DNA of 64,000 nucleotides from sequence record OQ174501.1. One strand, written 5' to 3'. Source of the stretch: Escherichia phage REP2. Below are positions 27,934 through 37,867 of this stretch, piece after piece. The translations under genes were made by a program, and so were the position numbers. Each line of letters begins with the position of its first letter. Positions within the stretch are counted from its first letter, which is position 1. The notes below the pieces were generated by a model that was given only the letters and a program-made list of their open reading frames with translations, had not been told where the DNA came from and ran no database searches.

Positions 27934-27956
27934 ACGGGCCCTCTGGGCCTTTCTTT
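27934..27956 (+). terminator. Terminator-like hairpin
   Basis: gggccc-tct-gggcc stem followed by a T-rich run. Confidence 0.5.
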
Positions 27957-28021
27957 CTCACATTCTGTATATTACCATTCTAAGCTATCGTTCCCTTCTT
28001 ATCATTCCCTAAAATAATTTT

Positions 28022-28062
28022 CACAAAGTTGTTTACAAGAAGTTCAAACCGTGGTATTATTA
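28022..28062 (+). promoter_or_regulatory. T4 early promoter
   Basis: GTTTAC 28031-28036, TATTAT 28055-28060. Confidence 0.55.
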
Positions 28063-28090
28063 ACATATGAATTACCTTTGAGGAATTGAT

Positions 28091-28267
28091 ATGGTTGATA
28101 AAGAGATTAAAATTGACCAGTACTATCGTGTTAACGGACATATCGTTATTGTTACAGCAGTCGATGATTTAGATGTTCATTATACTGTGATTAAATGGAA
28201 CAAACATATGATTTGTGATCGTGCTGTATTTAGTTCAGTTGCTAAGGAAATTAAACTCCATGGGTAA
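28091..28267 (+). CDS. Hypothetical small protein (58 aa)
   Basis: ATG after gaggaattgat. Confidence 0.4.
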   Translation: MVDKEIKIDQYYRVNGHIVIVTAVDDLDVHYTVIKWNKHMICDRAVFSSVAKEIKLHG

Positions 28268-28553
28268 AACGTATCGTCGTAAAGACTTAAAAGTGCGTGA
28301 TTATGACTATTTTGGAAAGCGTAAAGCTCCAGACGGTGTAAGTCATAAAGATATGGTTGAAAACATTTTTCGCTCAGATAAATGGCGTAGAATGAAAGGT
28401 ATTGATTCAGAAGTTAAAGATGAGCTAAATCGCCAATTACGTGGTGAAGTAAGAAAGTTGAAAAAATCAGTTTACATTGACGATGATTTTGATTATAATA
28501 CTTCTCAACTAGTTGCTAAGCGTAAATCAAACGAGTGCTATCGTTACAGCTGA
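28260..28553 (+). CDS. Hypothetical basic protein
   Basis: Start at ATG 28260 (ORF track starts at 28215); Lys/Arg-rich. Confidence 0.5.
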   Translation: MGKTYRRKDLKVRDYDYFGKRKAPDGVSHKDMVENIFRSDKWRRMKGIDSEVKDELNRQLRGEVRKLKKSVYIDDDFDYNTSQLVAKRKSNECYRYS

Positions 28554-28560
28554 GGAAAAT

Positions 28561-28695
28561 ATGAATATCAAACGAATGCTTTTTAAGCAAGGGCTATATA
28601 CTTTAAATGTTACTCCAAAAGGCGATACAACTAAGTGGTCAGTAAATGACGGATTAAATTTATTGATGAAAACGGTAACTGGAAAATTTAAATGA
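28561..28695 (+). CDS. Hypothetical small protein (44 aa)
   Basis: ATG after gaggaaaat. Confidence 0.35.
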   Translation: MNIKRMLFKQGLYTLNVTPKGDTTKWSVNDGLNLLMKTVTGKFK

Positions 28696-28892
28696 ATCCT
28701 GAATCTATGTTATCGCAAAAGCTTCGTGAAGAACGCGCCAAATTTTTCCAGAACATGAAACACAATGGTATTGAGGATGAAGTTTTTCTAAATTGGTTCT
28801 GGAATAATAAGTACACAGCATGCGAAGGAGCTTTGTCATTGTCAGTCGCAATGATGTACGAAGGCTGGAAGGGTGCCAAACAGTTTAGCTAA
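28692..28892 (+). CDS. Hypothetical small protein
   Basis: 66 aa. Confidence 0.5.
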   Translation: MNPESMLSQKLREERAKFFQNMKHNGIEDEVFLNWFWNNKYTACEGALSLSVAMMYEGWKGAKQFS

Positions 28893-28910
28893 GGGCTTCG
28901 GCCCTTTTTT
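28892..28910 (+). terminator. Rho-independent terminator
   Basis: gggc-ttcg-gccc + T6. Confidence 0.7.
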
Positions 28911-28945
28911 GGATAATAAAATTTTAATGCAATTGAGGATAATGT

Positions 28946-29272
28946 ATGACTATTCAAATTAAAAACGCCATCAATTCTTACGCATATGATAAAGTAGTTT
29001 CTTTGCTAGAAAAAGGCGATATTGTAACTCCTCAAATTTTGGATAAATGGGAAAAAGAGCTTCATCAAATGATGAAACAGAATGATCAGAAGATTGGACG
29101 CAATACTGTCCGTGAATTGTTGGTTCAATATATCTTGTCGGAATTTGATGTTAAAGCTTTTGGTGTAGAATCTAAAGCTTATCAAAAGCATGAAATTTCC
29201 GATAAAACTATTCGTCGCATGAAAAATCAACGCAAGAAAAAATTTGCAGACCTGAAAATTACTAAGGTATAA
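28946..29272 (+). CDS. Hypothetical protein
   Basis: 108 aa. Confidence 0.5.
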   Translation: MTIQIKNAINSYAYDKVVSLLEKGDIVTPQILDKWEKELHQMMKQNDQKIGRNTVRELLVQYILSEFDVKAFGVESKAYQKHEISDKTIRRMKNQRKKKFADLKITKV

Positions 29273-29274
29273 TT

Positions 29275-29490
29275 ATGAACGAAGCTCTTATTAACGATTT
29301 ACGTCTTGCCGGATATGAAGTAAATACAAATGGCATTGGTTTAACTCAAATTGAAGGAAACGGATTCATCCTTGAGTATGAATTTAGCCAATGGTGGTTA
29401 TACGCTAATTACGGCGAATTGATTGAATACGTTGACCAATTTGATTCACTAGATGCAGCTCTTGAAGCGGCTAAGTTGATGAATGTATGA
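29275..29490 (+). CDS. Hypothetical small acidic protein
   Basis: 71 aa. Confidence 0.5.
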   Translation: MNEALINDLRLAGYEVNTNGIGLTQIEGNGFILEYEFSQWWLYANYGELIEYVDQFDSLDAALEAAKLMNV

Positions 29491-29756
29491 AATTTAGTAA
29501 TATTTCTATTACTATTGAAAATTATGGCATTTTCTATGTTGACCAATACATGAAAATTTCATTTTTCCCAAATAAGACTGGTGTTGGATATTGGGAAAGC
29601 CATGTTTCTGAATTAAATGAAAGTGAATATGTTAGTACACATGAAAAGTTTTTAGACTTTTTATATCATGCTGATCTAACTAGTCATTATATAGATATTC
29701 ATGAATTTAAAAAGATGATGGAAAAAGTATTCCAAGCATACTGTTTACTTAGATAA
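29487..29756 (+). CDS. Hypothetical protein
   Basis: 89 aa. Confidence 0.5.
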   Translation: MKFSNISITIENYGIFYVDQYMKISFFPNKTGVGYWESHVSELNESEYVSTHEKFLDFLYHADLTSHYIDIHEFKKMMEKVFQAYCLLR

Positions 29757-29834
29757 CTGATATCCTCTATGCTTTAAGATAGATCTTCAAATATTATGAT
29801 ATAATAGATCTATGAATTGAGCTAAGAGGTGAAA

Positions 29835-30392
29835 ATGTCAGAAACTAAGCCTAAATATAATTACGTAAACAATAAAGAGCTTTTACAAGCTATTATTGAT
29901 TGGAAAACAGAATTAGCAAATAATAAAGACCCAAATAAAGTAGTTCGTCAGAATGATACTATCGGATTAGCCATTATGCTTATTGCAGAAGGCTTATCTA
30001 AACGTTTCAACTTTTCAGGATACACCCAGTCTTGGAAACAAGAAATGATTGCAGATGGTATAGAAGCTTCTATTAAGGGGCTTCACAATTTTGATGAAAC
30101 GAAATATAAAAACCCACATGCATATATAACTCAAGCTTGTTTTAATGCATTCGTCCAACGTATTAAAAAAGAACGTAAGGAAGTTGCAAAGAAATATAGT
30201 TACTTCGTTCACAATGTCTATGACAGCCGTGACGACGATATGGTTGCGTTAGTAGATGAAACTTTTATTCAAGACATCTATGATAAAATGACGCATTACG
30301 AAGAATCAACTTATAGAACACCGGGGGCTGAAAAGAAAAGTGTTGTAGACGATTCTCCTAGTTTGGATTTTTTATATGAGGCTAACGATTAA
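29835..30392 (+). CDS. 55: Late-transcription sigma factor gp55
   Basis: 185 aa from ATG 29835; [24 protein letters not shown] matches T4 gp55 as I recall it. Confidence 0.9.
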
Positions 30393-30594
30393 CCTCTCCG
30401 GATTCTTGGAAGAAATACCTGAAGTTGAAGCTATTCCCTATTTACTTAAAATGTATCTCAGGGAAGTTTTAGCTCTTGACATTGATATTGATCCAGAAAA
30501 TCCGTATGATACCGCTTTTAAATCTAATGGTGTAGAATTAAACTATCGGTATCATTTAACAGATGATGATTTTTATTTTATATTAGAGAAATAA
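30376..30594 (+). CDS. Hypothetical small acidic protein
   Basis: 72 aa. Confidence 0.45.
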
Positions 30595-30595
30595 T

Positions 30596-30913
30596 ATGAC
30601 TGATAAACCCGAAATTAATGATGAAGTGGAAAAGCTTATTTCTTCTATTGAAGAAAAGAACCGTCTTGAAGCAGAAAGAAAAGCAAATAAGTTATTGTCT
30701 AAAAACAAACGCGAACTGAATCGTCTTTATAAGCACGCTCAGATCGCAGCTGAAAATAATAATTTTGCTCAATACGAATATGCTATCAAGAAAAGTCGGG
30801 ATATTCTAAAACAGCCATATAACGATGAACTCATCAGTATTCTTTGGAAGACTACTAGATCGCAAATTGAGGATATGATTGATGCTTACACACGTAAAAT
30901 TCAAGCGTCTTAA
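30596..30913 (+). CDS. Hypothetical protein
   Basis: 105 aa, helical. Confidence 0.5.
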   Translation: MTDKPEINDEVEKLISSIEEKNRLEAERKANKLLSKNKRELNRLYKHAQIAAENNNFAQYEYAIKKSRDILKQPYNDELISILWKTTRSQIEDMIDAYTRKIQAS

Positions 30914-31085
30914 AATTAATGCAGGATTTACTGAATCTTTGAATGGTCATCTTTGTGTGAAAATTTCTGAAAAAGAATACCATGATAGTTCAATTAAAGA
31001 AGTTAATCCTCCTATTGTAAGAGCAGACCCTAATATGAAAGTGTGGGTTGATTCTTATCAAGTCAAAAAATGGTGGCAGTTATGA
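30879..31085 (+). CDS. Hypothetical small protein
   Basis: 68 aa. Confidence 0.4.
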   Translation: MMLTHVKFKRLKINAGFTESLNGHLCVKISEKEYHDSSIKEVNPPIVRADPNMKVWVDSYQVKKWWQL

Positions 31086-31328
31086 AAGATGAACACCCAG
31101 ACTTCTGAAATAGATTATAATAAAATTCGTTCCTCTAAAGAGGAAATGATGAGACTCTTTAAAGCGTCTCATGATAAAGCTAAAGCAGAAGGAACTATAA
31201 AATATAAGCGCATAAAATTTAAAAGTTCTAATGAGCCTCTGTATGGCGTATTATGTGGATAGGAGCTTCGGCTCCTATATTGCTTTATAAATTTTTGGTA
31301 AAATAAACCAAAACAAAGAGGATATTAA

Positions 31329-32531
31329 ATGAAAGTATGTATTTTTATGGCTCGAGGTCTTGAAGGTTGTGGTGTAACTAAATTTTCTCTTGAGCAACGT
31401 GATTGGTTTATTAAGAATGGTCATGAAGTAACTTTGGTTTATGCTAAAGATAAATCATTTACTCGTAATTGCGCGCATGATTATAAATCATTTTCAATTC
31501 CGGTTTTATTGGCAAAAGAATATGATAAAACACTTAAGCTGGTAAATGATTGTGATATTCTAATTATCAATTCAGTTCCTGCTACTTCGGTTGAAGAAGA
31601 CACTATTAATAACTATAAAAAAATTATTGATAACATTAAACCTTCTGTTCGTGTTGTAGTTTATCAACATGACCATTCTTCTCTTTCTTTGCGCCGAAAT
31701 TTGGGATTAGAAGAAACTGTTCGTCGAGCTGATGTTATTTTTAGCCATTCTGATAATGGTGATTTTAATAAAGTTCTGATGAAAGAATGGTATCCAGAAA
31801 CAGTTTCTCTGTTTGATGATATTGAAGAAGCACCGACCGTATATAACTTTCAGCCTCCGATGGATATTGCGAAGGTTCGATCAACCTACTGGAAAGATGT
31901 TTCTGAAATTAACATGAATATCAACCGTTGGATTGGTCGTACGACTACATGGAAAGGTTTTTATCAGATGTTTGATTTCCATGAAAAACATCTTAAACCT
32001 GCAGGACTAAGTACTATTATGGAAGGTCTGGAACGTTCTCCAGCGTTCATTCCTATTAAAGAAAAAGGAATTCCATACGAGTATTATCGTCTTCATCAAG
32101 TAGACCAAATTAAAATTGCTCCTAATTTGCCAACGCAAATTCTTGACCGTTATGTAAATAGCGAAATGCTTGAACGCATGAGTAAATCCGGATTTGGTTA
32201 TCAGCTGAGTAAGTTGGACAAAAAATATCTACAACGTTCTTTAGAATATACTCATCTCGAGCTTGGTGCATGTGGAACAATTCCGGTATTTTGGAAATCT
32301 ACTGGCGAAAATTTAAAATTCCGTGTTGATAATACTCCTTTGACCTCGCATGATAGCGGTATCATTTGGTTTGATGAAAATGACATGGAATCAACATTTG
32401 AGCGTATTAAAGAACTGTCATCTGACCGAACTCTTTATGACCGTGAACGCGAAAAAGCTTATGAATTTTTGTATCAGCATCAAGATTCAAGCTTCTGCTT
32501 TAAAGAACAGTTTGACATTATTACAAAATAA
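31329..32531 (+). CDS. agt: DNA alpha-glucosyltransferase
   Basis: 400 aa; ICIFMARGLEGCGVTKFSLEQRDWFIKNGHEVTLVYAKDKSF matches T4 alpha-gt as I recall it. Confidence 0.9.
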   Translation: MKVCIFMARGLEGCGVTKFSLEQRDWFIKNGHEVTLVYAKDKSFTRNCAHDYKSFSIPVLLAKEYDKTLKLVNDCDILIINSVPATSVEEDTINNYKKIIDNIKPSVRVVVYQHDHSSLSLRRNLGLEETVRRADVIFSHSDNGDFNKVLMKEWYPETVSLFDDIEEAPTVYNFQPPMDIAKVRSTYWKDVSEINMNINRWIGRTTTWKGFYQMFDFHEKHLKPAGLSTIMEGLERSPAFIPIKEKGIPYEYYRLHQVDQIKIAPNLPTQILDRYVNSEMLERMSKSGFGYQLSKLDKKYLQRSLEYTHLELGACGTIPVFWKSTGENLKFRVDNTPLTSHDSGIIWFDENDMESTFERIKELSSDRTLYDREREKAYEFLYQHQDSSFCFKEQFDIITK

Positions 32532-32547
32532 AGGGCTTCGGCCCTTT
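32532..32547 (+). terminator. UUCG-tetraloop hairpin (weak terminator / RNA stability element)
   Basis: gggc-ttcg-gccc + ttt. Confidence 0.45.
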
Positions 32548-32570
32548 AGCTTTATACGGAGTTTGATATA

Positions 32571-32711
32571 ATGATATTTCTTGGATATGTGATACTTTTT
32601 CTCGCATTTTATCTATTCGCTAGAGCATGTTGGATTGGGTTCTTTAGCACTCCAGATGGATTTATTTCAATAATTTTATTTTGCATTTCAATGACGGTTC
32701 TTGATATATGA
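32571..32711 (+). CDS. Small hydrophobic peptide (46 aa)
   Basis: MIFLGYVILFLAFYLF...; ATGA overlap with the downstream endonuclease gene. Confidence 0.35.
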   Translation: MIFLGYVILFLAFYLFARACWIGFFSTPDGFISIILFCISMTVLDI

Positions 32712-33331
32712 AAAAATATATAACTTATTTAACAATATATAGTGGAGATAAACTTCCTCCTTTTTATATTGGATCTACGTCTTTAGATAGGCATTTAGCT
32801 GGATATCATGGTTCAGTTTTATCTAAAAAGTATAAGAAAATTTATAATAAAGAGCTTTCAGATAATCCTCACTTATTTGATTCATGTATTTTAGCTGAAT
32901 TTGATACGCGTGAAGAAGCTATTAAATGCGAGTTATATTATCAACGATTGCATGATGCAGTTAAAAATCCATTATTCTTTAATATGTCATATGCTGCTCC
33001 AAAAGGTTCATTTGGAAGAGATAATAAAGGACAAAATCATCCATTATATGGTTCTCATAATTGTAAAGGAAATATACATTCACATGATCCATTAACAGGA
33101 AAATCTGCCTTTTTGCCTTATATTCCAGAAGGTTATGTAAAAGGAAGGTCAAATAAATTTAAAGCTTCATCACATAATAAAGGTAAAAAATGGTATAATA
33201 ACGGAGTTAAGCAAATGTTATGTCATGAACCTCCTGGTCCTGAATGGACAAAAGGAAAAATTAAAGAACTGGTTTCAAAAGCAGCTAAATTAGGATGGAA
33301 AAGACACCATGAAAATACTAAACTTGGGTGA
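32708..33331 (+). CDS. GIY-YIG (Seg-like) homing endonuclease
   Basis: N-terminal YITYLTIY...FYIGSTS GIY-YIG-like motifs; NUMOD3-like GQNHPLYGSHN; lies between alpha-gt and 47, the T4 mobB position. Confidence 0.6.
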   Translation: MKKYITYLTIYSGDKLPPFYIGSTSLDRHLAGYHGSVLSKKYKKIYNKELSDNPHLFDSCILAEFDTREEAIKCELYYQRLHDAVKNPLFFNMSYAAPKGSFGRDNKGQNHPLYGSHNCKGNIHSHDPLTGKSAFLPYIPEGYVKGRSNKFKASSHNKGKKWYNNGVKQMLCHEPPGPEWTKGKIKELVSKAAKLGWKRHHENTKLG

Positions 33332-34328
33332 TTGGCATTTAGGCGTTAAAGCTGATGATGAGTGGATTCGCGGTATTCAAATTGATGGAATTAAGCAAGC
33401 GATAGAATATTCTAAGAAAAATGGAATTACTGTATGGATTCAATATGGTGATATTTTTGATGTGCGAAAAGCAATCACACATAAAACTATGGAGTTTGCC
33501 CGTGAAATAGTTCAAATGCTTGATGACGCTGGAATCACATTACATACTATTGTAGGAAATCACGATCTCCACTACAAAAATGTAATGCATCCAAATGCCT
33601 CTACTGAGCTTTTGGCTAAATATCCTAATGTTAAAGTATATGATAAGCCTACTACAGTAGATTTTGACGGATGTTTAATTGATTTAATTCCTTGGATGTG
33701 TGAAGAAAATACTGGTGAAATTCTTGAACACATCAAAACTTCATCTGCTTCTTTTTGTGTTGGTCACTGGGAGCTGAATGGATTTTATTTTTATAAAGGA
33801 ATGAAATCTCATGGTCTTGAACCTGATTTCCTTAAGACTTATAAAGAGGTGTGGTCTGGTCACTTCCATACTATCTCTGAGGCTGCTAACGTCAGATATA
33901 TTGGGACACCATGGACACTAACTGCAGGTGACGAGAATGACCCTCGTGGGTTCTGGATGTTTGATACAGAAACAGAACGAATGGAATTTATTCCAAACAA
34001 TACTACCTGGCATCGTAGAATTCATTATCCATTTAAAGGAAAAATTGACTATAAAGATTTTACAAATTTATCAGTACGTGTTATAGTAACTGAAGTAGAC
34101 AAAAATCTGACGAAGTTCGAATCTGAACTAGAAAAAGTTGTGCATTCATTACGAGTTGTGTCAAAGATTGATAACTCTGTCGAGTCAGATGATAGTGAAG
34201 AAGTTGAAGTTCAATCTCTTCAGACGTTGATGGAAGAATACATTAATGCAATTCCAGACATCACTGATTCTGACCGCGAAGCACTTATTCAATATGCAAA
34301 TCAGTTATATGTAGAGGCAACACAATGA
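33309..34328 (+). CDS. 47: Recombination endonuclease subunit gp47 (Mre11-like)
   Basis: 339 aa; phosphoesterase motifs LGDWH, GDIFD, GNHD. Confidence 0.9.
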   Translation: MKILNLGDWHLGVKADDEWIRGIQIDGIKQAIEYSKKNGITVWIQYGDIFDVRKAITHKTMEFAREIVQMLDDAGITLHTIVGNHDLHYKNVMHPNASTELLAKYPNVKVYDKPTTVDFDGCLIDLIPWMCEENTGEILEHIKTSSASFCVGHWELNGFYFYKGMKSHGLEPDFLKTYKEVWSGHFHTISEAANVRYIGTPWTLTAGDENDPRGFWMFDTETERMEFIPNNTTWHRRIHYPFKGKIDYKDFTNLSVRVIVTEVDKNLTKFESELEKVVHSLRVVSKIDNSVESDDSEEVEVQSLQTLMEEYINAIPDITDSDREALIQYANQLYVEATQ

Positions 34329-34588
34329 CTTTTGATGAATTTAAAAATGTTATGATGAGTCAGCATTTTGAATGCGAAGTAAAAGATGATATTGGGCATA
34401 AAGAAATTATTGAATATTGGTTTGAACCGCTAGAGGTTGAAGATAATTGTATTAAAAAGGTTACAGTCTGCACTGACTGGGCTGTATCTTTTAACTTCAA
34501 CATTTTAGATAATGACACACCTAAATCATTACGAGATATGGCTGTATCTTGTATTAAGGATGCATACTGTGAAGTTTTCGACATTTGA
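34325..34588 (+). CDS. Hypothetical protein (46.2 position)
   Basis: 87 aa. Confidence 0.5.
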   Translation: MTFDEFKNVMMSQHFECEVKDDIGHKEIIEYWFEPLEVEDNCIKKVTVCTDWAVSFNFNILDNDTPKSLRDMAVSCIKDAYCEVFDI

Positions 34589-34775
34589 CATTAATGATGA
34601 ATTCATAGCAAACATTGATTATACCGAAGAAGATTCTAGATATGTTGGAATAATTTATATTACATCAAAAACAGCACAAGGTGTTGTTTGCATGGCTGAA
34701 TTTGATGAATACTTTTTAGATTATGATGATATGATAGAATGGTCTAAAAGATACATTAAAAGGAATCTTTTGTGA
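34569..34775 (+). CDS. Hypothetical protein (46.1 position), start uncertain
   Basis: Putative GTG start after aagga; ORF track starts at 34512. Confidence 0.4.
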   Translation: MKFSTFDINDEFIANIDYTEEDSRYVGIIYITSKTAQGVVCMAEFDEYFLDYDDMIEWSKRYIKRNLL

Positions 34776-36460
34776 AGAATTTTAAACTAAACCGAGTTAG
34801 GTATCAAAATATAATGTCAGTAGGTGGAAATCCTATTGACATTCAATTAGATAAGGTTCAAAAAACTCTTATTACTGGACGAAATGGCGGTGGTAAGTCT
34901 ACTATGTTAGAAGCCATCACATTTGGGCTTTTTGGCAAGCCATTTCGTGATGTAAAGAAAGGTCAATTAATAAACAGCACAAATAAGAAAGAACTTTTAG
35001 TTGAACTGTGGATGGAATATGATGAGAAAAAGTACTATATCAAAAGAGGACAAAAACCAAACGTTTTCGAAATCACCGTTAACGGTACACGTCTTAATGA
35101 ATCTGCCAGCAGTAAAGATTTCCAAGCAGAATTTGAACAGCTTATCGGAATGTCATATGCCAGTTTCAAGCAGATTGTTGTCCTTGGTACAGCAGGGTAT
35201 ACCCCTTTCATGGGTTTGTCGACCCCTGCGCGAAGAAAGCTTGTGGAAGACCTGCTTGAGGTAGGAACATTAGCTGAAATGGATAAGCTTAATAAAGCAC
35301 TAATACGTGAATTAAATTCGCAGAACCAAGTGCTTGATGTTAAAAAAGATAGTATTATCCAACAAATTAAAATATATAATGATAACGTTGAACGCCAGAA
35401 AAAATTAACGGGTGACAACCTTACACGTCTACAAAATATGTATGATGATTTGGCAAAAGAAGCTAGAACGCTAAAATCGGAAATAGAAGAAGCTAACGAA
35501 AGATTAGTTAATATTGTTTTGGATGAAGACCCGACTGATGCATTTAATAAAATCGGTCAAGAAGCAGTTTTAATTAAATCAAAAATTGACTCGTATAATA
35601 AAGTCATTAATATGTATCACGAAGGTGGATTATGTCCAACCTGTTTGTCACAATTAAGTTCCGGTGATAAAGTTGTTTCTAAAATTAAAGATAAAGTTTC
35701 TGAATGTACGCATTCGTTTGAACAGCTTTCAACACACCGTGATAATTTAAAAGTTCTTGTTGATGAATACCGAGATAATATTAAAACTCAGCAGTCGTTG
35801 GCAAATGATATTCGCAATAAAAAGCAATCTCTAATCACGACGGTAGATAAAGCTAAAAAAGTTAAAGCAGCTATAGAAAAAGCATCTTCTGAGTTTATTG
35901 ACCATGCTGATGAAATAGCACTGCTTCAAGAAGAACTTGATAAAATTGTTAAGACAAAAACTAATTTAGTAATGGAAAAATACCACCGAGGAATTTTGAC
36001 TGATATGCTCAAAGATTCTGGTATTAAAGGTGCTATTATTAAAAAGTACATTCCATTATTTAATAAGCAGATTAACCATTATCTTAAAATAATGGAAGCG
36101 GATTATGTGTTTACATTAGATGAAGAATTTAATGAGACAATTAAATCCCGTGGTCGTGAAGATTTTAGTTATGCTTCATTCAGTCAAGGTGAAAAAGCAC
36201 GAATTGATATTGCTCTTTTATTTACTTGGCGTGATATTGCTGAAAAAGTTTCAGGTGTTAAAATAAGTTGTTTATTTCTTGATGAAGTGTATGACGGTGC
36301 ATTTGATGCTGAAGGCATTAAAAATGTAGCTAAAATTTTAGATGGTTTGAAGGATACCAACTTCTTCATAATTTCGCATAAAGACCATGATCCGCAGGAT
36401 TATGGACAGCATATTAAAATGGAAAAAGTTGGTAGATTTAGTGTTGCCACTATTAATTAA
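34772..36460 (+). CDS. 46: Recombination endonuclease subunit gp46 (Rad50/SbcC-like ATPase)
   Basis: 562 aa; Walker A GRNGGGKST, long coiled coil with CPTC zinc hook, C-terminal signature/Walker B LFLDEV; GTG start. Confidence 0.9.
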   Translation: MKNFKLNRVRYQNIMSVGGNPIDIQLDKVQKTLITGRNGGGKSTMLEAITFGLFGKPFRDVKKGQLINSTNKKELLVELWMEYDEKKYYIKRGQKPNVFEITVNGTRLNESASSKDFQAEFEQLIGMSYASFKQIVVLGTAGYTPFMGLSTPARRKLVEDLLEVGTLAEMDKLNKALIRELNSQNQVLDVKKDSIIQQIKIYNDNVERQKKLTGDNLTRLQNMYDDLAKEARTLKSEIEEANERLVNIVLDEDPTDAFNKIGQEAVLIKSKIDSYNKVINMYHEGGLCPTCLSQLSSGDKVVSKIKDKVSECTHSFEQLSTHRDNLKVLVDEYRDNIKTQQSLANDIRNKKQSLITTVDKAKKVKAAIEKASSEFIDHADEIALLQEELDKIVKTKTNLVMEKYHRGILTDMLKDSGIKGAIIKKYIPLFNKQINHYLKIMEADYVFTLDEEFNETIKSRGREDFSYASFSQGEKARIDIALLFTWRDIAEKVSGVKISCLFLDEVYDGAFDAEGIKNVAKILDGLKDTNFFIISHKDHDPQDYGQHIKMEKVGRFSVATIN

Positions 36461-37170
36461 TGTTTGTGCTTACAGTTATCATTATGCCACCTTGATAAAT
36501 TTCCGAAAGTGGTAACTTTACCGCAATGGACGCAAGTACCAGTCTTTTCAGTTTTCTTGCGTCCATTTGGATTTTTCTTGCAGAAATTTCTATGCGCTGC
36601 GATAACGCATTTCTTGCCTATCATTCCGCAGAATTCGCAGGATGTTTCTTCAAGAACGATTGCTTTAAGCCCGTTTGAGATATTATTTCTGTGTTCTTTA
36701 GACATTGGTGGTCTAACTTTAGGATTAGGGTGATTTGGGCAGTTATCAAAATGCCAACGATTCATATTCCCGCTTAATCCAGACTTACCGCAATGAGGAC
36801 AAGTTAGTCTTGCTTTATTAGCTACTGCATCAGACATTTTCTTTCGTGTCTCTTGGGAGAATTCTTTGTTCTTTTCTATTTCCCAGAGTTTACGACGAAT
36901 CCAACCGAAAGTTTTATTGTTGCGTTTAGCGTATTTCGTAGAAACTGTCATCATGTTAGCAGCATAGACTAATTTTGGTTCAGAAGGATAAATTTTTACT
37001 AAAAGTTGATGAGCTACATAGTGCTCTTCTGGTGTTAAATCTACTAAGTTTGAAGCATCATCACTTCCATTTAAACAGCGCGGTATAATGTGATGAGATT
37101 CAGTATAACAATCAAGTTTTCGAGATTTAGCATTAGAGATTAACTTTTCATAAATTAGTTTATAATTCAT
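36457..37170 (-). CDS. HNH homing endonuclease with C-terminal zinc-finger repeats
   Basis: HNH motif ESHHIIPRCLNGSDDASNLVDLTPEEH; three CxxC...H...C repeats; own SD aagga; convergent with gene 46, 4-nt overlap. Confidence 0.8.
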   Translation of the reverse strand: MNYKLIYEKLISNAKSRKLDCYTESHHIIPRCLNGSDDASNLVDLTPEEHYVAHQLLVKIYPSEPKLVYAANMMTVSTKYAKRNNKTFGWIRRKLWEIEKNKEFSQETRKKMSDAVANKARLTCPHCGKSGLSGNMNRWHFDNCPNHPNPKVRPPMSKEHRNNISNGLKAIVLEETSCEFCGMIGKKCVIAAHRNFCKKNPNGRKKTEKTGTCVHCGKVTTFGNLSRWHNDNCKHKH

Positions 37171-37221
37171 AATATATCCTTTTGATACAGCGAGTGATAA
37201 ACATATTTATACGGAGGAACT

Positions 37222-37413
37222 GTGGCAGAATATTCAACTGGACAGCATCTATTAACTATTCCTGAAATAAAACGATATATTCTGAGAAATAATTTTTCTA
37301 ATGAAGAGCATATAGTTACTGAATCTATGCTTAGGAATGCATTTAAAGCAGAATATACAAAAATAATGTCCAATAGAAATGAAGCTTGGACTGTTACTGA
37401 TTATTATGACTAA
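37222..37413 (+). CDS. Hypothetical protein (45.2 position)
   Basis: GTG start after ggagg; 63 aa. Confidence 0.5.
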   Translation: MAEYSTGQHLLTIPEIKRYILRNNFSNEEHIVTESMLRNAFKAEYTKIMSNRNEAWTVTDYYD

Positions 37414-37422
37414 AGGTGTATT

Positions 37423-37812
37423 ATGACTAAAATTACTGTGAATTATACTGTTGATGTAAAAGATATTCAGCCAAAACACGTGCGTTCTGACTCAAATCCG
37501 CAAAACCAAAATAAAATTCGTCGAGCATGGGTTTTGTCTCTTTCTGATAACGCAATGGAAGTTATTCAGAATAAAATTAAATCTGCACCTGCTCGTCATG
37601 CGTATTATGAAGCTATCGATCGTGAAGTAAGTAATAAATGGATTGAACTAATGCGCAAACATACTACAGAATCCCTAAACGCCGGTGCTAAATTTATTAT
37701 GACTTCATGTGGTGAACGCCTTGAAGATGAATATTGCGGTAATGCAGATGAACGTCTAATTGTTGCTGCTCAAATTGTTGCCGAAACAATCGCAGCTGAT
37801 TTTAATCGTTAA
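37423..37812 (+). CDS. rpbA: RNA polymerase binding protein RpbA
   Basis: 129 aa; located between 46 and 45 as in T4. Confidence 0.7.
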   Translation: MTKITVNYTVDVKDIQPKHVRSDSNPQNQNKIRRAWVLSLSDNAMEVIQNKIKSAPARHAYYEAIDREVSNKWIELMRKHTTESLNAGAKFIMTSCGERLEDEYCGNADERLIVAAQIVAETIAADFNR

Positions 37813-37867
37813 TTGCTTTATTTAATTAGTTATAAAATTAAATCTCATTTGAATTGAAGGAAATTAC

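Noticed and set aside
31082-31263. Short ORFs (MKDEHPDF-stop, then MMRLFKASHDKAKAEGTIKYKRIKFKSSNEPLYGVLCG) upstream of alpha-gt
   Set aside because: Could be a frameshifted small gene, but both pieces are very short and no homology is recognisable; insufficient evidence to call a gene or pseudogene.
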